64,000 nucleotides of DNA from Naegleria gruberi. Its lineage: Eukaryota. The position numbers and the translations under genes are program-made. Location: NCBI GenBank assembly GCA_000004985.1, contig GG738898.1; one strand, 5' to 3'. The notes under the pieces were generated by a model, which was not told the origin of the DNA, made no database searches, and saw only the letters and a program-made list of their open reading frames with translations. Of the stretch, positions 34,174 to 45,244 are shown piece by piece. Position 1 is the stretch's first letter. Each line of letters begins with the position of its first letter.

Positions 34174-36640
34174 ATGTCTTCATCATCCACCACGCGAATT
34201 GTTATTGGTGATGATTTTGGAGGCGATAACGACACGAAGAACAACAAGAATGGATCATCATCATCGGATGAATCCACATCAGAATTACATGATTTGGCAC
34301 AGATTCTTAGGCTCATGTTGATCGCCGAGAATGAAAATGCCTTTAGGGATGTTAATGTTGAAACTCTTGAACAAATGATCATGATGAATGATGAGAGGGA
34401 TTTGATTGCGAGCTTTGAGATGGTGAGTGGAATGAGACCAAGTTCTAGGGTGAATGTTCAACAAATTAAAGAGGAATATAAGAAGAGTAAGAAAATTCCT
34501 TCTTCTTCTACTCTTAATAATAGTGATAGTATTATTATTGTTGATGATGAGGAGAAGAGCAAGACGGATAACCTAGTTGTGGTTGAAAATCAACATCCGA
34601 TTGCTGATGATTCTATTGAAATTATAATGGAAGATTCTGGTGTAAGAATTCCAGAACCACCAGTATTGGAAGTGGAACAAATTCCTATCGCTGTTCAAAT
34701 GAAGTTGAGAGTGTTAAAGTTAAAATTGAACGATGCAGAACTTTTGAAGGAATATTCAGATCATCAACTTGCACAAGTATTGGCAGAACATGAAAATAAT
34801 GTGCAATCTTCAGCTGATTATATCATGCAACAGTATGTCAAGAAGACTGTGCAGAGTACTCTATCCGATAGTGATTCTGAGGACACTGGTAAATATTCAC
34901 AATTCACAAAGGATGTTTTGAGAAAGAGATTGAAAATGGGTGGATTTACCGAATATGAAAATGCAACTGATGAAACGCTATCTATTCTGCTTGATGTTGG
35001 AGGTGGTGATGTTGAATGTGCATTGCAGAATATCAGAGGAACAAATTCAGGAACACCTAATGTTATTCATACTGCAAGATACATTTCAGATCCTAATTTA
35101 CCATGGGACAAAAATCCAACAAAACCAATAACGGAAGAGGGTAAAGAGGCATTACAAAAGGAAGGAAGATCTGTAACCACCATTAATCAACTTCCTTATG
35201 ATACTCTTGAACATGTAAGTTTTAATTCATCAAAATTTGGTTGACACTTTACATAGGTTTTTGAATATTTGGGAAGAAAAGATGTTCTGGTTTCGTCCTC
35301 TGTAAATCAATATTTCAATAAGGTATCAGGCTCTGATTATTTTTGGACTACTAAACAAGAAAAAGGAAAAGCTGGATTGATTGACAATTACGAAATGGAA
35401 AGATATAACACCTTTACAAAAAATCAAACACATTACGGGAATTGGAAACTTTGGAGATTAGATAATTTATTTTACACAAAAATTAAGCAACCACCATATG
35501 TTACCACAGAAAAAGAAGTGACAGAAGAGTCACCAATAATAGAATTAGAGGATGGAAGACCACCATTCAAACAAAAGTATGCTAAATACAGAAAACAAAA
35601 ATTGATTAGAGAAAGAGTTGATATAATAGAAAAGAAAATACGAGATAGCAAATTTAATGAACGACAAAATGTTGGATATGAATTTGGAGAGCATGTATAC
35701 AGATCTTGGATTGGATTTTTAGTGGTACTGGCAATTTCAGCCATTATAGGACTTATATTAGTCCCACTTTCTATGGACGAGTTTATTCCAAACGATATTG
35801 GCACCTACTATTGGTTGATTTCATGGTTGAGTCTTGGTGTTATCACAATTCCTTACTTTTACATAATGTTATTCCATCACTCACACAGATTTGATTTCTA
35901 TCCTATTTGGAGTAAGAGACAGTTGAATGGTGAGGAAAGAATGGATCATGGAGGTGAAATGTTCATTCTCTTCTCTTCAACATGGACTTGGCTTCCATAC
36001 ATTTTCCTTGTTGCAGGTCTGAAATATGCAGTCTATGCGGAGCAACCAATATTGAGCTATATTGCCATTCCAGGGTACGTGTTGGCCATGATGTCTTTCT
36101 TTTGCAGTGCACCAACTTTAGGATCAACGTAAGTTTTTCTTTGTTTGTGTGAAATAACACCCTCAAAGGTTAAAAGGTAGTGATAAGGAGCGAGCAGCAT
36201 TCTTTATTTCTTCATTCTTCTATGGAACCATGTTACTTTCCCTGCAGGTATTCCTCATATTACTCTTTGCTAAAATTGATGGCTTAGAATATGCACTCAA
36301 TATTCCATTCTCAATAGTGTTCATTCCAGGATATGTTTCGTTATTGTGCTTCCCAATGGGATTTTTCTTCACTGCCTTTTTTGCCATGGTAATGGGATCT
36401 GACAGTTGGTGGTCAGCATTATTGTCAGCTTCAGGTTTTGGATTTGTTGTAGCACTCGTTATCAGTCCTCTCTTAATTACAGCTCCATTTGTGGCAGCTG
36501 TTTTGGACTCGTTCATTCTCCAATCCATTTTCCCATTCGTTGCGATCTTTTCCATTACCTATGGACTGGGTATTATAATTCTATGCATTGCTTTGTCTGT
36601 TGTTTGCTTCATTATGTGTGTTTGTAGAGATTATGATTAA
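34174..36640 (+). CDS. UBA/CUE-like domain plus multi-pass membrane domain protein. Exons: 34174..35214, 35257..36128, 36181..36640.
   Basis: A-tract before ATG 34174 (the ORF is open from 33949). Two UBA/CUE-like helical motifs (LAQILRLMLIAENENAF.., LAQVLAEHENNVQSSADYIMQQY). Introns gtaagt...acatag (42 nt, phase 0) and gtaagt...aaaaggtag (52 nt, phase 2). The TM region contains an internal repeat (IAIPGYVLAMMSFF / VFIPGYVSLLCFP). Confidence 0.6.
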
Positions 36641-37087
36641 ATTATTGAAATCTTTGTTTCAGCATCAATTTATTTGGAACGTTTCAACTTGATGCCTTAA
36701 AATATCTATTTATGACATTACACAGTATTTCTAATAGTTGTGAAGAATAACACTCTGGAAAGAAAGAATAATCAAGGAAATCAGAGGAATCAAGCCGAAT
36801 TCTAAACCTTAATTACCCATTGTTGTGGATAGGGTCGTGTTGCCAACTCTATTCGAAACAGCACACACAAATTATTCAATTTATAATTGAAATTTATCCA
36901 TAGATATTTATCAGATCAAATCTGATTACATTGCCGATTAATGGTGGAGAAACCTGAACTATTCAACGAAACTAGTCAATTCAAAGATTATTCTCAATCA
37001 GATCCAAAATTTGCCATTTATCTCTCATGTCAACATTGTGTGATATAATTTCTAACATGTCATTACACTTTGAGATTCGACTTTGAG

Positions 37088-37130
37088 ATTGGCTCAGATT
37101 TATGTTTTTACAAAATAAATCTGAGCCAAT
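37088..37130. other. Perfect 16-bp inverted repeat (hairpin) with an 11-nt loop in the intergenic region
   Basis: attggctcagatttat-gtttttacaaa-ataaatctgagccaat. Adjacent direct repeat ctttgagatt appears twice. Confidence 0.7.
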
Positions 37131-37408
37131 AATTTGTATTACAATAAAGTTGTCAATTAATTGATTGATTCATTTCAATCTAACATCAATTCAATTAACC
37201 ATGCCANNNNNNNNNNNNNNNNNNNNNNNNNNNNNNNNNNNNNNNNNNNNNNNNNNNNNNNNNNNNNNNNNNNNNNNNNNNNNNNNNNNNNNNNNNNNNN
37301 NNNNNNNNNNNNNNNNNNNNNNNNNNNNNNNNNNNNNNNNNNNNNNNNNNNNNNNNNNNNNNNNNNNNNNNNNNNNNNNNNNNNNNNNNNNNNNNNNNNN
37401 NNNNNNNN

Positions 37409-37986
37409 ATGATAAAAGAATAAAGAATAGACCAATTTCAAGTTATCACCAGAATGGAGAAATAACTTGTTTAGAACGATCCTCAAATGGCCTGTTAGCA
37501 AGTGGTTCAACAAATAATTGTGTTAATGTTTGGGATGAAAGATCCTATAACAAGCCATTAAGCATCTACAAACATCCTAGTGTTGTTGAAAGCATGGCTT
37601 GGACAACAAGCAACATTCTATCAACTGCAATGAATAGAGAAGGAAGAGTTTTATTTTGGGATATTTCAACAGGTAATCTTTCATCAAATTTGCATACTAT
37701 TGACACACGTAGAGCAATTTCCTCTCTCGTTTGGTCAGGAAAGGATATTATAACATCATATAAGGAGTGTTTTTATATTCAATTGTGGGATGGTTTTGAC
37801 CAATCTCAAAAAAACAAATATCAAGCTTGTTTTTTGAAAACACCAAAAAATACCTATTTAACATATGGTCCAGAATCTTCCCTACTAATTGGTGCATCTT
37901 ACAATCAAATATTGTGTTGGTCATGTGAGGATAAAACAAAGAAAACCAAAATAATTGATTCATCCTTCTTAAGAATGTTAAGATAA
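37409..37986 (+). CDS. WD40-repeat protein (5' partial, start lost in the 202-N gap at 37207-37408)
   Basis: WD-like units ...LASGSTNNCVNVWD..., ...REGRVLFWDISTG..., ...IQLWDG... Stop at 37984-37986. Confidence 0.6.
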
Positions 37987-38054
37987 TGTTGTTGTCTCCT
38001 TGTATGAGTTGTTTTGTTTCAAGAAAAAATCAAGATGTTAATAAATTCCAATTT

Positions 38055-40052
38055 TCATTGTAAATCAGAAACATAGGTATTCATGGGCAATTTGCAGACT
38101 CCTTGTTTTTCCAAATATATTTCCTGATTGGCTCTATATCTTGGTGTGAAAAGAAATGAAAGTTTTTCATTCGATTTGATGGCATTAAAAGATGTTTCAC
38201 TCAAATGAACTTGTCCTGGTTGACCTGTTGCTTCTATTAATTGTGTTACCAAAACATCACTTCCAAACAAGTCATATGTTCTCTTCATATGTCCAACTAC
38301 AGCTGCTGTCACTCCTCTATGTGAGGTGTGAATACCAATTCTAACCTGTAATGAAGAATCTCCAATCAGATCTGAATTTTTCGAAACCAATTGTTCCAAT
38401 TCTTGAATCATTGACAATCCTGCTCGAACGCAACACATTGTTCCATTGGTACTTGGTATTTCATTTGTGGGTGAGGTTAACATGTTATTTACATTGGAAT
38501 TTGTCTTGGAAATTTGTTTCTTATTATTAGTGGATGAATCATTATCCAATCCAGAAGCAACAAAATAACAATCACCAATAGTCTTGATCTTTTCCAGTGT
38601 TGAATTATGTTGTTTCGAATAAACAATATCATCAAAGCATGAGAAAATATCATGCAACATATGTACAACAATTGAAGGTGATTTTCCATTGGCAAGCTCT
38701 GTAAAACCCACAATATCACAATACATCATTGTGCAATTCTGTAACTCATCAATGACCTTCTCTCCTGCAGTCAACCGATGAACAATATTCTTTGGAAAGA
38801 TCTTTTCCGTAATTTTAGTAATTTGCTCCTCATGTGTAACCATTGATTTGGTATCTCTCACAAATGCAACAAAAGATGATTTCTTACTGATTGGATCAAT
38901 AATTTCTGAAACTCTCAATTCAATTGGAATGGGTTTTCCCTCTTTAGTTTGACCTTTCACAGATCTAACACAATCTACGACTCGTTTCTCTCCGGTTGTC
39001 AAGTATCTCTTCAGGAAATCATCATGGTTCATTCGAATTTTAGGTGTGCACAACATTTTAACATTCTTTCCAATGACTTCCTTTTTAGAATAGTGAAATG
39101 TGGCAGTGGATGCCGAATTGAATATTTGAATAGTTCCCTGTTCATTGATGGAAATAATTGGAATGACTGAAATCTCTGTAATGGCTTCTCCAAATTGAAT
39201 AGATGCCAATTTCTTGATATCTTCCTCACTTTGTTCTAATTGGTTAATGTAGGCAGCAAAGTGAAGTTGTTCTAATTTTCTAAAAACCATCATTTTCAAC
39301 TTGATTGGGAATGCTTTCTTTTGTAAAGTGTTTTTTCCATTTAGGAATCGTGTTTTCATGACTTCTTTCTTTCTTCGTTCCTTTTCTTGTTGACTCACAA
39401 GTACATATGGAATTTTCAAATCTTTCATAGATGTTGACAAGCTCACTGACATGTTCAAATCCAATGATGTATCACCAATGAAATCTTCAATGGCTCTCTT
39501 GATTTCCATGGTTGATTCATGAGATAATAACTCACTCAAATATTCTCCCATGACTGCCAGAGAATAAAATCCAAACACTTCCTCTGCCTGATTATTAAGA
39601 TATTCAATAGTGAGATTGCTATCGAATACAATAATTGGACAACCACACGACTGAAACTGTTCTACCAAATCGTTCAGTAATGAGTATTCCTCAAGAGTTG
39701 TAATTACAAATGCCTCCTCTTCCATTTCATTTCTCTCTGCCTCTGAAGTGCTATCAGTACTGTATTCGGATGATTTATAAGTGCTCGAATAGTTGGATGT
39801 TGACGCAATACTGGAACTATTACTGATTGTACTGTTGGTCTTGTTTAGTTTGCTCAACATTCGAGAGCTTATACCTCTGGAATTGTTGTGTTGTAGCTTT
39901 GCTTGTAAGTTTGGTTTCGAATTGAATTTTGAAGAGCTGACATTGCGTTTGTTTAGTGTTGCCAAGGAGTGTGTGTTTTGATTGGCGACCTCATCTCCAT
40001 CATTATCATTAGTTGTTGGTTTGATAGGAACTAGCTTTTGTTTGCTGGACAT
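38055..40052 (-). CDS. PAS-PAS-class III nucleotidyl (adenylyl/guanylyl) cyclase
   Basis: ATG at 40052. Ser-rich N-terminus. Two PAS-like blocks. Cyclase motifs MMYCDIVGFTELAN, KTIGDCYFVASGL, RIGIHTSHRGVTAAVVGHMKRTYDLFGSDV. Both metal-binding Asp residues are present. Confidence 0.8.
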   Translation of the reverse strand: MSSKQKLVPIKPTTNDNDGDEVANQNTHSLATLNKRNVSSSKFNSKPNLQAKLQHNNSRGISSRMLSKLNKTNSTISNSSSIASTSNYSSTYKSSEYSTDSTSEAERNEMEEEAFVITTLEEYSLLNDLVEQFQSCGCPIIVFDSNLTIEYLNNQAEEVFGFYSLAVMGEYLSELLSHESTMEIKRAIEDFIGDTSLDLNMSVSLSTSMKDLKIPYVLVSQQEKERRKKEVMKTRFLNGKNTLQKKAFPIKLKMMVFRKLEQLHFAAYINQLEQSEEDIKKLASIQFGEAITEISVIPIISINEQGTIQIFNSASTATFHYSKKEVIGKNVKMLCTPKIRMNHDDFLKRYLTTGEKRVVDCVRSVKGQTKEGKPIPIELRVSEIIDPISKKSSFVAFVRDTKSMVTHEEQITKITEKIFPKNIVHRLTAGEKVIDELQNCTMMYCDIVGFTELANGKSPSIVVHMLHDIFSCFDDIVYSKQHNSTLEKIKTIGDCYFVASGLDNDSSTNNKKQISKTNSNVNNMLTSPTNEIPSTNGTMCCVRAGLSMIQELEQLVSKNSDLIGDSSLQVRIGIHTSHRGVTAAVVGHMKRTYDLFGSDVLVTQLIEATGQPGQVHLSETSFNAIKSNEKLSFLFTPRYRANQEIYLEKQGVCKLPMNTYVSDLQ

Positions 40053-40504
40053 TGGTGTTTTTTCTTTGTTATTCGAAATTGAACATCACCACAGAGCACT
40101 GCCACTATTTCCCCAACACGGCCAGTACACACCAACTGAGATAGAGATAGATGCTCTAATGCAGAAGGGTCAAAAATGTATCACATTTGTTCCAAATTAA
40201 TGAGCTTGCCCAGAATATTTAAGTTCTCTCTACATGCTGACCAAAAAGATGATGTATGTTGAGTGAATTTATCCACATGTAATTGACAACACATCACGAG
40301 TTGTAAGATGGAGAGTACTTGATATCTTTCGATAACTATCAAATTATGATGTGTTGTTGTGATTTCTACTGATGTTTGGTTGCTTTTGTAGAAAATTATG
40401 AAGAGGTGTTTGGTTTGATGTCTATCAGTTGTAATCAACCTAAATTGGCTAATAATTAACCACTCAATTGTTTAAGAAAGCAATTGAGAGCTGGTTGTGT
40501 ATTT

Positions 40505-41725
40505 TTAAAGATTGCTATAGTAATTTTCATAATAATCATCAACATTCTCATAGCTATAGATATACTGAGAATCGGTAAAATCTTCCTCCCTCTGACTGTC
40601 ATCCAAATAATCTTTAAATACATTGAGAAATGGCTCAATGTTTCCATCTGGATTATGACCTTTCTTTGAGTTGTGATCTTCAATAATGGCAAAGTAAATT
40701 CTATCGAAATAACCTTCATACTTTTCCAGTTGAGTTTTAAAAGCTTTTGCCATCTGATTAGGGTTATTCTTAAAGGCCCCACATCCAAACGCAGACAATA
40801 CCAAATTTCTAACACCATTCAAAATGGCCACCTTGAATATTGCCTCAATAGTTCCATTGTTTCGTCCATCAATTTTTTCTGTATTTTTCGATTTGTTTGG
40901 TACAGCAGCTGCAGTAATGACATCCAATAATCTTGGAACTTGCAAGAGTGGATAACCTTTTGCTTCGCACCCTCTGAAAAACAATACATTTGGTGAGAAG
41001 CATGCACTCTCATGCCCAATAGGATAGCTCCACTTTCTATGTTTATCCAATTGATCAACCTTATTATCCAAACATTGATACAAGTTAGATCTTCTGAATA
41101 GATTTTCCTCCTGAGCTCCACCTATTTTCATTCAAATAACTTGGTTATTAAACTACTTACAACCTGATTGATAACCACCTCCAGGAGTATTTGGATTGGC
41201 CATATTGAGAATGGCTACTCTCTCATTTTGCATCTTTCCACTCTTTACCAATTCATCCTGGATCTTGAATGCAACATCCACACAATCTCCATTAATTACC
41301 AAAACTCTAGTCTTTTCCTGAATACTATTATCAGAAGAATTCAATGTAGGAATCACCTGCCCCTCATTTCTAATAAACAGTGTTCCAACACTCGACTGAA
41401 TCATCAACTCTTCCTTCAATGAAACCTTTTCTACAATTTCATCATCATCAATTCGATTTTTAGAATTTCTATGATTTTTAAAATTGTACAAATAGTATTG
41501 ATCCCTACAAATATCAATCGTTTGTCTCTGAACAAGTATTCGGAGCCTTTTAATTTTCTTATAATCAGCCTTTTCTAGACAATCATCATATTGATTTCGG
41601 AATTGAGAGGGATCATAGGGATAGGTATTAAAAGTTGAATGTTTCTTGTGGAAATCATCAACTTGAAAGAAAGAGGTGGGACAATTCGAGTGTTTTTTGG
41701 TGGAGAAATTGTTGGAGGTGATCAT
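40505..41725 (-). CDS. Microbial-type poly(ADP-ribose) glycohydrolase (DUF2263/TIGR02452-like macro-fold). Exons: 41161..41725, 40505..41121.
   Basis: The PARG signature spans the 39-nt intron (gtaagt...aaaatag, phase 1): ILNMANPNTPGGGYQSGC|GAQEENLFRRSNLYQCL, matching GGG-X6-8-QEE followed by (L/S)xRSSxLY. ATG at 41725. Confidence 0.75.
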
Positions 41726-41842
41726 TGTTGTGATTTTTTTAACTTTGTTTGTGACTGTTGTCGATTTTGAAATTGATTTTGTAACAGTTCAACTATTCAA
41801 TAACTTTAGTTCTCGATGAAGAGTGTAAAGAATGAATGTGAA

Positions 41843-41885
41843 GCGTCGATGGTTTAGTGGTAGAATACGGCGTTGCGGTCGACGC
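41843..41885 (+). other. tRNA-like mini-helix / truncated tRNA pseudogene (acceptor plus D-arm only)
   Basis: GCGTCGA tggtttagtggtagaatacggcgttgcgg TCGACGC is a perfect 7-bp acceptor-like stem enclosing a canonical D-loop (AGTGGTAGA). There is no T-arm. It sits 210 bp from the 5S gene. Confidence 0.3.
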
Positions 41886-42092
41886 AGTCAGAAGTAAATT
41901 TTTAGATAGCTGTATGCACTCTGCTCTTACTATTTTAGAAATCAGTTTCATGCATGTATTTACGTAAATGGGCAAATTTTTAGGTATTGAATAAGTATAA
42001 TTATTGAAAAAATAATCTCGGCTTGATCCTCATTTTTTACTGAAATAGTCCACCTCAAAAAAATTTTGAAAATGCATTTCATACTAAACTGC

Positions 42093-42097
42093 AAAAA
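42093..42097 (-). terminator. Pol III oligo-T terminator of the 5S gene
   Basis: TTTTT immediately 3' of the 5S end. Confidence 0.5.
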
Positions 42098-42215
42098 GAC
42101 TACAGCACCACAGGTTCCCAAGTTGTCTCCAACCTCAGTACTGATGTGGCTCGACGATGCTTAACTTCTCAAATCGGACGGGATGAGGTGCATTCATCGT
42201 GATATGGCCGTAGCC
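42098..42215 (-). rRNA. 5S ribosomal RNA gene
   Basis: Minus strand reads GGCTACGGCCATATCACGATGAATGCACCTCATCCCGTCCGATTTGAGAAGTTAAGCATCGTCGAGCCACATCAGTACTGAGGTTGGAGACAACTTGGGAACCTGTGGTGCTGTAGTC. Boxes A and C are conserved. The 3' half is near-identical to Dictyostelium 5S (from memory). Followed by TTTTT. Confidence 0.9.
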
Positions 42216-42644
42216 ATCCATTACATTAAAATATGCAATTTCAATACGTTTTACAATTTTGCAACAATGGTAACAACCAAATTTTGAGCTAATTCGTTTA
42301 AACTGTTGTACCCACCACCAAAGGAATAATAAAATATTGTAATTGAATATTCTATTCAATATTCCTTTTTCTTCCTTGCTTCCTTTTCGCCAGAAGGAAT
42401 TTTATGGCTTTTTTAAACCACCGTACATAAAAAAATAATTTGCCGCTCTTTTTGCACTCCAAAAGGCAAGTTGAATCTTAACTCTCGCATGATAAGCAAG
42501 TTGTATTGTTTTACTGTGTAGTTTAGCACAGTACTGCGGTGCCGGATTTTCTTCGAAGGCATGACCACAATGAGCTCATACCAATCAATGTAACCCAACA
42601 CAAACCTTTCGAAATATTCAACAACAATAGAAAAAAAAAATATC

Positions 42645-44012
42645 ATGACTACTTCCACCACTGTTCTTACATTAATGGAAGATATTTCCAATGATAATAC
42701 TGGTAGCAATGCTGCTGCTGCTCTTAGAAAGCAACCTGCTGTTAATGATGAATTGATTATGAAGAATGTTACTACTACTAGCAATAATAGTAACAAACTT
42801 ATTATCAAGGCAACTTATGAACCAACAGAGGAGTACTTGAGAAAGGTTAAATATGCTGATGAGAATCAACTCTTCCTTTCTGAGAAGGATACTCGTTTGG
42901 CTGTCAAGTCTATTAGAAATACCATCAAGAATGAAGAAGCTCGTTTGAGAAAGAGACATTCTTTCCTTCAATATCAAGATTTGTTAGGATTGACCATCTT
43001 TTTGACAAGTCTTTTGACTATTGTTGGTGTTTCTGCCTTGTATTTGAAGGGAAATCTTCATTGGGCTCTTGCTGTTCCTTTGCTTGCTCTTCCAATTTCT
43101 GTCTTGCATGAATTGGAGCATGATTTGATTCACAATTTGTACTTTAAGACTCACCAATGGGTTCAACATGTTATGTACTTTTTCATTTATCTTGCCAAAT
43201 GTCATGCTTTGCCATGGTACAGAAAGTATGTCCATCTTCGTCATCACGTAACTTCTGGTTCCAAGAGAGACTTTGAAGAAAGAGCTATTGGTGGCGGTTT
43301 GGAAGCTGGCTTTTTGAGATACTTGCTCACTACCAGTCCATGGGCTGTCTTTTTAGCAATTACAGATGTCAAGAGGGATAATCCACAAGATTTCAGTGTC
43401 TTTCTTGCTCTACTCACCAATGCACCTTCCATGATTGGTTTCACTGTTCTCTGGTTTGTATTCACTGCGTACTTGTTCATGTTTGGTGGTTTTACCTTCT
43501 TGTCCACCTACTTGCCAATTGCTTTCTGGCCTTTAGTTAGAGATTTGAGTGTTATTATTGTTTTACCAAATCTTGTTAGACAAACTTGTTTGAATTTGAT
43601 GGCCAGTTATTGTCACTATTATGGAGATGTTCCAGAAGGTGATGTTTTCTATCAAGGTTTGTATTCTTTTATTTTCATAACATTCCAATAACTTTTCATT
43701 ATTTACTTTATTCGAATCTAATTGTGAACAGGACAAGTTATTGATCACTGGTCCATGATTCCATTCCAATTATTCAGTTTCAACTTTGGATCCTCACACA
43801 TTATTCACCACTTTGTTCCAAATCAACCATTCTACATTCGTGAGGCAATCTCAAGAAAGGCCAATGCTGAAATGATTAAACAAGGTGTCAGAAATAATGA
43901 TTGGGGAATTGTTGCTCGTGCCAATCGTTTCCATGACAAATCCAAGCATTTGCTTGAAGCTGACAAGACTCAAGTGATCCCAGCTGATCAATGGGTCAAT
44001 TTGAAGTATTAA
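42645..44012 (+). CDS. Membrane fatty-acid desaturase/hydroxylase-family (His-box) protein. Exons: 42645..43656, 43732..44012.
   Basis: His boxes HELEHDLIH, HLRHHVT and, in exon 2, HIIHHF. Multiple TM segments. 75-nt intron gtttgt...tgaacag (phase 1). A-tract before the ATG. Confidence 0.7.
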
Positions 44013-44334
44013 TTTCATCATTTGTATGATGTAATACTTCTTTTTTTTGTAATGGTTGTATTCATGTTAATTAGTTTTTGTAATAAATATTCAAACCATT
44101 AACAAAAAGCTTTAATTAAAACATACTTCTTCAAGATGGAACAAAAATGGAGAAAATAACAAAATCGGACCGATGATAAGGAAGGTCAAATTGCGAATGG
44201 ATTAAGTTCACAACCAGGAAATTCTGCTCTTTCAATTTACAATGATATTTCATTTGGAATTTCAATTAAACGCATCCATCCTTCGACCCAATAATTTGTG
44301 CATTGCCAAAATTATTTAAGAATTTGTTCCAAGA

Positions 44335-45111
44335 ATGCAATTTTCAAACATAAAGAAAATGCAAAACACAAGAACACTCTTACTGGGCAATAATGCTCCC
44401 ATTAGAAACAATTTACAGGCCAGATTAGGATCCTCTGCAATGGTTGCTGGAGAATCTGATGATTATGAACAAATAGTTAAATCTATTACGACAATAATTG
44501 TAACGAGTATTGAATTGAACACTCAGCACGAACAAGTACTGCAACTAATTCTCAACACGAGCACGAATCACTTATCAATCATTAGAATTGTGTCATTACA
44601 AGATTCGTTACTGACTAGATCAACCAATTCACTGGAGAAAATTCTAAGAAATGGTCAATTGAATGGATTGATGGATGTGATCACTATTCATGCTCCATTC
44701 TTCTATGAAGATCTGATCACTGACAGAGATTCATTCTTCATTAATGACATAAATACTACTTTGCATATTGTAAAATACTATGGAGATGGCGACATGAGAC
44801 TGCCAATCATTTCAAGAGGTGATTTGATTTCATACATTGAATGTTGTTTGGTGCTACTCAATGAAAATCATATTGCAACGACTGAGAAGAAACACTTGTA
44901 CATCAGAGGCGATCTCATTCGATTGGAATATATCATTGCAACTCTCTTTGGAAGAGGATTTCAATATGAAAATGTGAGTGGAAGACCAGGAGAGGAACGA
45001 CTTGCAGTGAAATGCTCTCGTCTTGTACAAAAGTATGAAAGTGTGCGAGTGGATAATCTCCTCTTTCCTTCAGTGCATCCATTGAGATGGATTGAATTTC
45101 TCTCTCACTAA
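44335..45111 (+). CDS. Hypothetical protein (258 aa), no confident family
   Basis: Intact ORF with ATG at 44335. No recognisable motif from sequence alone. Confidence 0.4.
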   Translation: MQFSNIKKMQNTRTLLLGNNAPIRNNLQARLGSSAMVAGESDDYEQIVKSITTIIVTSIELNTQHEQVLQLILNTSTNHLSIIRIVSLQDSLLTRSTNSLEKILRNGQLNGLMDVITIHAPFFYEDLITDRDSFFINDINTTLHIVKYYGDGDMRLPIISRGDLISYIECCLVLLNENHIATTEKKHLYIRGDLIRLEYIIATLFGRGFQYENVSGRPGEERLAVKCSRLVQKYESVRVDNLLFPSVHPLRWIEFLSH

Positions 45112-45244
45112 TATTATAAATCCTAACTTGATATTCAACAATTTTTCATTCAATATATATTTCCACAAACTAATTGTTCCACCAATTCCAAATCCAAAAT
45201 TACTAGAAATACTATTATATTTTAAAGTATTATATTTAATTAGG

